From the NCBI GenBank assembly GCA_963824165.1, contig CAWGOM010000002.1, positions 355,606 to 419,605 on the forward strand: 64,000 nt of DNA, given 5' to 3'. The first letter of the stretch is position 1, and each line of letters starts with the position of its first letter. Positions 59,000 to 64,000 of the stretch are shown here, piece by piece. The translations under genes were made by a program, and so were the position numbers. Under the pieces are notes generated by a model. That model ran no database searches. It saw only the letters and a list, made by a program, of their open reading frames with translations, and was not told the DNA's origin. The stretch comes from an uncultured Acidobacteriota bacterium (GTDB taxonomy: Bacteria; Acidobacteriota; Thermoanaerobaculia; UBA5066; Gp7-AA6).

Positions 59000-59560
59000 C
59001 TATCGGCAGGAAGATCCAGCTACTTCAGCAAGCCCCTTCACCGCCGCCTCGAAGTCGGCGTAGGACTGCTTGCCGGAGAGGACCTTCGCCTTCCTGCCGT
59101 CGCGGGAGTAGAGGACGGTGAAGGGCAGCTCGCCGCCCCACTTCTCGTCGACGGACTCGATGAAGACCTGGTCGTCGCCACCGCTCGCCTTGCGGTAGTT
59201 GGGGAAGTCGGGCTTCGTCGTGGCCAGGAACTTGTCGACGGCCGGAAGGTCCTTGGCGGAATCGATCGAGACGCCGAGGACCGAAAGGCCCTTCCCGCGC
59301 CAGGCGCGCTCGAGGCGGGCGATGTCCGGGAACTCCTCACGGCAAGGCACGCACCAGGTCGCCCAGAAGTTCACCAGGACCACCTGACCCTTGCGCTTGG
59401 CGACGGCGTCGGCGTAGCCCTTCGCGTCGAGCTCGCCGGCGAGCTTCGGCACCTCGGGCGCTGCGAGCACCGGAGGGGCAATGAAGAGGGCGGCCACGAC
59501 GGCCGCCCCTACGACACCGAGGCGAGGCACCAGCCTGCCCGAGGTCCGCTGCTTACGCAC
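59000..59560 (-). CDS. TlpA-like thiol-disulfide oxidoreductase (thioredoxin fold, secreted/membrane-anchored)
   Basis: Signal/anchor VVGAAVVAALFIAPPVLA. VVLVNFWATWCVPCREEFPDIARL (WCxPC active site). The last few residues may be frameshifted. Confidence 0.75.
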   Translation of the reverse strand: MRKQRTSGRLVPRLGVVGAAVVAALFIAPPVLAAPEVPKLAGELDAKGYADAVAKRKGQVVLVNFWATWCVPCREEFPDIARLERAWRGKGLSVLGVSIDSAKDLPAVDKFLATTKPDFPNYRKASGGDDQVFIESVDEKWGGELPFTVLYSRDGRKAKVLSGKQSYADFEAAVKGLAEVAGSSCR

Positions 59561-60140
59561 GCTTGATCGTGCAGCCGAACGCCTTCGTCTCCGCCTTGGA
59601 GACGGGCTGGCCCGCGAGGATCTGGTCGAGCGCGTTCTTCAGGTCCGGCGAGGCCACCTTGGTCGGCTCTTCGTAGTTCTCGTCGATGCGGCCGTGGTAC
59701 AGGAGCTTGCCGTCCGCGCCGACCACGTAGACCTCGGGAGTGCGCTTGGCGTCGTAGAGGTCCGCGACCTTGTTGCCGGGGTCTTTGACGAGCGTGAAGG
59801 CCCACTTGTTCTGCTTGGCGTGCGAGACGACCTCGTCCTGCGGCTCGGTCTTGTTGCTGTTGATGCCGACGAAGAGGACGCCCTTCTTGGAGTAGTCCTC
59901 GGCCATCTGGCGCATCCGGTCGTTGTAGGCGTTCGAGTACGGGCACTTGGTCGCGATGAACATCAGGACCACGGCCTTGTTGGCCTTCTCGGCGTCGGCG
60001 AGCGAGAACGGTCTTACCGTCGACCGTCGTGAGCTGGAAGTTCGGGGCGGCCGCGCCGATCGCGGGCCCTCGGCGAGGGCGGCGCCGGCCAGGGCCAGGG
60101 ACGCCGCGAAACACAGGGCAGTTCTCAGGGTTTTCATCAC
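59553..60140 (-). CDS. thioredoxin-like/redoxin family protein (secreted; one frameshift near the N-terminus)
   Basis: Signal peptide MMKTLRTALCFAASLALAGAALAEG. KAVVLMFIATKCPYSNAYNDRMRQMAEDYSKKGVLFVGINSNKTE...KRTPEVYVVGADGKLLYHGRIDE (single-Cys CPYS motif). Confidence 0.65.
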   Translation of the reverse strand: MMKTLRTALCFAASLALAGAALAEGPRSARPPRTSSSRRSTVRPFSLADAEKANKAVVLMFIATKCPYSNAYNDRMRQMAEDYSKKGVLFVGINSNKTEPQDEVVSHAKQNKWAFTLVKDPGNKVADLYDAKRTPEVYVVGADGKLLYHGRIDENYEEPTKVASPDLKNALDQILAGQPVSKAETKAFGCTIKRA

Positions 60141-60184
60141 GCGCTTCTCCTTGTTCGCGCTCGAAATCGAGGCCGGGGAGGCGA

Positions 60185-60640
60185 TTATTCCCCGGGGCCG
60201 CCCCGGCCGTCAGCCCGGCCGCGACCGCAGCCAGCGACGTCGCGGGGGGCCGGCCTCGAGCGCGGCGATCCGGCCCTCGAGGGCGTCGACCCGGCGCGCG
60301 AGGTCCCGGAGGGCCTGCCCGTCGGCCGCGCCGGCCTCGCGGACCCGCTCGACCTCCTCGCGCAGGGCCTCGGCGTCGCCCCGGGACATGAGGAGCCGCC
60401 GGACCTCGACAGGCCCAGGCCTTCCGCCTCGGTCAGCCGCCGGACCGCCGCAAACCGCTCGACGTCTCCCTCGACGTACCGCCGGTGCCCGCCCGGAGGT
60501 CTTTCGAATGTGGAAGAGGCCCGGGAGCTCCCGCTCGTAGAAGCGGAGCGTCGAGACCGGGAATCCCGGTCCTCGCCGCGACGGCGGAGATCGAAACGTC
60601 CGGCCGGCTCGGACGCCATCGGCTCCCCGAGAGCGCTCCC
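60185..60640 (-). CDS. MerR family transcriptional regulator (frameshifted N-terminus)
   Basis: A ...VSTLRFYERE... HTH fragment in one frame and GGHRRYVEGDVERFAAVRRLTEAEGLGL... plus a coiled-coil C-terminus in another. Confidence 0.5.
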   Translation of the reverse strand, partial: GSALGEPMASEPAGRFDLRRRGEDRDSRSRRSASTSGSSRASSTFERPPGGHRRYVEGDVERFAAVRRLTEAEGLGLSRSGGSSCPGATPRPCARRSSGSARPARPTGRPSGTSRAGSTPSRAGSPRSRPAPRDVAGCGRGRADGRGGPGE

Positions 60641-60642
60641 GC

Positions 60643-61020
60643 CTACACCGCGAAGAGCGGTCGGATCACCACCGGATCGAACTTCCACAGGTACTTGTAG
60701 GCCCCGTTGAAGAAGTCGATCGTGATCTCGTAGTGCGCCTCGACGGTGATCGAGTCGCGCTGCTTGGTGATCTTGAGGTTTTCCTTCTTGATCGGGAGCT
60801 TGAGCTCGTCGGCCTTCCGCAGGATCTCGAATTCGATGAACTTGACGTCCTTGATCGAGCCGAACGCGGCCTGCTCCTGCATCGCGTCGTAGAACTCGGA
60901 GGTGGCGATCTTGACGGGGACGACCTTCCACAGGAGGTAGCCGACGAGCCCCAGGACGACGAGCCAGACGATGCACCCGAAGTTGGCGCCGCCGCGAATC
61001 CCTCGCCGTGACCGTGTCAT
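60643..61020 (-). CDS. small membrane protein (hypothetical)
   Basis: Intact 125-aa ORF. N-terminal TM segment ([21 protein letters not shown]) followed by ...[65 protein letters not shown]. Confidence 0.5.
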   Translation of the reverse strand: MTRSRRGIRGGANFGCIVWLVVLGLVGYLLWKVVPVKIATSEFYDAMQEQAAFGSIKDVKFIEFEILRKADELKLPIKKENLKITKQRDSITVEAHYEITIDFFNGAYKYLWKFDPVVIRPLFAV

Positions 61021-61049
61021 GCGTTTCCCTCCGGCTCGAACTGCGACGA

Positions 61050-61790
61050 TTCTAACCCGGCCGGGCGCTCAGCGGACCGGGAGAAACGCGCGGCTCCAGC
61101 GCATGCGCGCGAATGCGTCGCGGATCGACGCCGAGGATCGCCGGGGCGCCGGCGCGTCCGGGGGCCGCGGCGCGAGCGACCAGTAGACAAGAGCGCGCGG
61201 CCGACGAGGTGACCCGCCGGGACCGGTCCCCACGCGCGGCTGTCGCTCGAGTCGTCGCGGTTGTCGCCCATGACGAAGTAGGCGCCGTCGGGCACGCGCA
61301 GCCGGCGGGAGCTGGTCGCGGCGGCGGCGGTCCTCGGGCACGTTCGCGTCGTCGGGCCAGACGCGGTCGTCGGCGTGGAAGACGTACGGCTCCTCGAGCG
61401 GGCCGGCCGTCGATCGAGACGATCCGGTCGCGGATCGCGACGGTCTCGCCGGGCAGGCCGACGACGCGCTTGATGAAGTCGCGGCGCGGGTCGCCGGGGA
61501 ACCGGAAGACGACGACGTCGCCGCGCCGCACGGCGCGGCCGGGAAAGAGCGCCGCCCCGCCGTGGCGAGCGGCGCGTAGAGGAACTTGTTGACGAGGAGC
61601 CGGTCGCCCGGTCAGCACGTTCTTCTCCATCGAGGGACTCGGGACGGCGAAGGCCTGGAACAGGAACGTGCGGGCGAAGAGCGCGAAGACGACCGCGGCG
61701 ACGAGCGGGTCCGCCCGCTCGCGCAGCGGCCGACCGGGGGCCGGCGGCGGCTATTGTCGTGTCACCGGAGTCTGGATGCGGCGGCACGGC
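61050..61790 (-). CDS. lepB: signal peptidase I, downstream paralog (frameshifted)
   Basis: ...[29 protein letters not shown] (catalytic Ser in SPSME), [28 protein letters not shown] (catalytic Lys box), and [29 protein letters not shown] in three frames. Confidence 0.65.
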
Positions 61791-61889
61791 GGGGGCCCCG
61801 ACGCAGCGGCTCGTGGCCCTGCGGGCGCGCAGCCTGGTTGTCGAGGCGCCCGGCTGCCGAGGCGACCTCCGTCACAGACGCTACCGGAC

Positions 61890-62634
61890 CACCGTGAACA
61901 TCCGGTCCCATCGCGTCCGGGAGAAGAAGTGGATGGCGACTTCGGCGAGCTGCCGGATCTTGGCGATGGGGCCGCTTCCAGATGTGCGAGTTCGGCTCCG
62001 CCTCGTACGACCAGTAGAGGACCGAGGGCCGGCCGAAGATGTTGGCGCGCGGGATCGCGCCCCAGTAGCGGGAGTCGAGCGAGTTGTCGCGGTTGTCCCC
62101 CATCCCGAAGAACGAGTCGCGGCGGGACGGTGAACGGGCCGAACTGGTCGCGGCGGCGCGCCATGTCCGGCACGCCCGGGCTGTTGGGGTAGGTCTCCGG
62201 GTCGATGTGCTGGATCGACGGCACGTCGTAGGGCTTTCCGTCGACGAGCAGGAGCTTGTCCACGACCTGGACGGTCTGGCCGCCCTTCGCGACGGCGCGC
62301 TTGACGAGGACGTTGCCGGGGTTGACGTCGTCGCCGGGCTTCTTGAAGACGATGATGTCGCCGGGCTTCACGTCGCGGTAGGGCAGGAGCTTCGGCGAGC
62401 GCCGGGATCCGCGGCGCGTACGCGAACTTGTTGACGAGCAGGTGGTCGCCGACGAGGATCGTCCGCTCCATGGAGCCCGTCGGCACCTGGTAGGTCTGCA
62501 CGACGAACGTGCGGACGAAGAGGACGAAGACGCCGGCGACGAGCAGCGACTCGTACCACTCGCGCAGGGTCGAGTGCTTGCGTTCGGCGGCGGCCTCGGC
62601 GTCGGTCGGTCCGGGGAAACGGTGTGTTTTTCAT
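61890..62634 (-). CDS. lepB: signal peptidase I, upstream paralog (frameshifted)
   Basis: The ATG overlaps the lepA stop (ATGA). ...[74 protein letters not shown], and [33 protein letters not shown]. Confidence 0.65.
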
Positions 62635-64000
62635 TCGACCTTCAGCACGGCGAGGAACGCCTCCTGCGGGATGTCCACGCGGCCCACCCGCTTCATGCGC
62701 TTCTTGCCTTCCTTCTGTTTCTCGAGGAGCTTGCGCTTTCTCGTGATGTCGCCGCCGTAGCACTTGGCGAGCACGTTCTTGCGGATCGCCGAGACCTGTT
62801 CCCGGGCGATGATCTTCGAGCCGATCGCCGCCTGGATCACCACCTCGAACATCTGCCGGGGGATGATTTCTTTCATCTTGGCGGTGAGGAACCGCCCTTT
62901 GACGACCGCCTCCTCGCGGTGGACGATGAGGGACAGGGCGTCGACCGGGTCCCCGTTGACGAGGAGGTCGAGCTTCACGAGGTCTCCCTCCCGGTAGCCC
63001 TGGAACTCGTAGTCGAACGAGGCGTAACCCTTCGAGATCGACTTGAGCTTGTCGTAGAAGTCGAGGACGACCTCGTTCAGCGGGAAGTCGTAGATCAGGA
63101 CGACGCGGTTCGAGGCCAGGTACTCGAGCGACTTCTGCGTCCCGCGCCGGTCCTCGCAGAGCTTCAGGAGACCGCCGAGAAACTCGTCTCGCGTGATGAT
63201 CGTCGCCGTGATGTAGGGCTCCTCGATCGTCACGATGTAGTTCGGCGCGGGCAGGTGGTTCGGGTTGACGATCTCGAGGACCTCGCCCTTGGTCGTGGTG
63301 ACGCGATAGTTCACCCCGGGAGCCGTGGTGATGAGGTCGAGGTCGAACTCGCGCTCCAGGCGCTCCTGGATGATCTCCATGTGGAGGAGGCCGAGGAATC
63401 CGCAACGGAACCCGAAGCCGAGCGCGGTCGAGTTCTCGGGCTCGAAGGAGAAGGAGGCGTCGTTCAGGCGCAGCTTCTCCATCGCGTCGCGCAGGTTCGC
63501 GTACTCGTCGGCGTCGGTCGGGAAGAGGCCGGCGAAGACCATCGGCTTGGCCTCGGCGAAGCCTTCGAGCGGCTCGGCGGTCGGGCGTTTGATCTCGGTG
63601 ATCGTGTCGCCGATGCGGGTCGAGTGCAGGTCCTTGATGTTGCCCCAGAACGAACCGACCTCGCCGACCGAGAGCTCCTTCACTTCCTCGGGCTGCGGCC
63701 GGAAGACGCCGAGCGCCTCGACGTCCGTCTCCAGGCCCGTGCCCATCGCGCGGATCTTCGCGTGCGGGAGCAGCCGCCCGTCGACGATCCGCACGAGCGA
63801 GGTCACGCCGCGGTAGGAGTCGTACCAGGAGTCGAAGAGCAGCGCCTTCAGCGGCGCGTCCGGGTCGCCCCGGGGCGGCGGAACCACCTGGACGATCCGC
63901 TCGAGGAGCTCGTCGATGCCGATGCCCATCTTGGCCGAGGTCAGGATGGCGTCGTGGGCGGGGATGCCGACGACCTGCTCGATCTGCTCGCGCGCCTTCT
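62631..64000 (-). CDS. lepA: elongation factor 4 (LepA), C-terminal about 455 aa; N-terminus beyond the window end
   Basis: Uninterrupted frame to the window edge: ...[42 protein letters not shown]...[41 protein letters not shown]...[43 protein letters not shown]. Confidence 0.9.
   Translation of the reverse strand, partial: KAREQIEQVVGIPAHDAILTSAKMGIGIDELLERIVQVVPPPRGDPDAPLKALLFDSWYDSYRGVTSLVRIVDGRLLPHAKIRAMGTGLETDVEALGVFRPQPEEVKELSVGEVGSFWGNIKDLHSTRIGDTITEIKRPTAEPLEGFAEAKPMVFAGLFPTDADEYANLRDAMEKLRLNDASFSFEPENSTALGFGFRCGFLGLLHMEIIQERLEREFDLDLITTAPGVNYRVTTTKGEVLEIVNPNHLPAPNYIVTIEEPYITATIITRDEFLGGLLKLCEDRRGTQKSLEYLASNRVVLIYDFPLNEVVLDFYDKLKSISKGYASFDYEFQGYREGDLVKLDLLVNGDPVDALSLIVHREEAVVKGRFLTAKMKEIIPRQMFEVVIQAAIGSKIIAREQVSAIRKNVLAKCYGGDITRKRKLLEKQKEGKKRMKRVGRVDIPQEAFLAVLKVE

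Noticed and set aside
58849-59000. GC hairpins (ggggcg-gcca-cgcccc and ggcgggg-cttg-ccccgcc) after DoxX and before the TlpA-like gene end, as terminators
   Set aside because: No adjacent U-runs on either strand. They are possibly rho-dependent or structural, and too weak to call.

Overview
This is a 64 kb, roughly 70% GC bacterial chromosomal segment with about 60 genes on both strands and no sign of mobile elements, CRISPR arrays or tRNA/rRNA genes. The clearest RNA element is a SAM-I (S-box) riboswitch with an expression-platform terminator upstream of a yitJ-like methionine biosynthesis gene. The best candidates for an undescribed system are a plus-strand operon of two tandem paralogous small acidic proteins followed by a BamE-like membrane protein, and a WYL-domain regulator that is translationally coupled to a lipoprotein and sits opposite a 66-codon ORF carrying a perfect palindrome over its start.

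Gene content, from the left end:
- a TetR-regulated efflux module (TetR, TolC-like, HlyD, two ABC ATPases, an ABC-2 permease)
- DNA glycosylase Tag
- two tandem secreted M16 peptidases
- an alpha/beta hydrolase
- glgA-glgC
- an RRM RNA-binding protein, a small ORF and an acyl-lipid desaturase
- a suf Fe-S operon (sufBCDSU plus a DUF59 protein) ending in an Rrf2 regulator
- a large FecR-like (DUF6600-like) repeat protein
- a DCC-lipase maturation factor fusion
- a LeuD/LeuC-like aconitase-family pair next to a degenerate Ser/Thr pseudokinase
- FKBP
- a beta-lactamase-family hydrolase
- ilvE
- a MocR regulator
- an S9 peptidase
- a PLP decarboxylase
- glucokinase
- phospholipase D
- a DnaQ-like exonuclease
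- purD
- a MerR-associated envelope thiol-redox cluster (DoxX, TlpA-like, redoxin)
- two signal peptidase I paralogs and lepA.

About half of the recognisable genes are broken into several frames by single-base indels, while other long genes (TolC-like, SufC, the 667-aa protein, the 587-aa kinase-like protein, the beta-lactamase-family hydrolase, lepA) are intact. This pattern most likely reflects homopolymer indel errors in the assembly rather than biological pseudogenes, so gene boundaries for frameshifted loci are approximate.

The phylogenetic guess (Acidobacteriota-like) rests only on protein families such as DUF6600, DUF2911, many secreted S9/M16 peptidases and GC content, and is a low-confidence inference.
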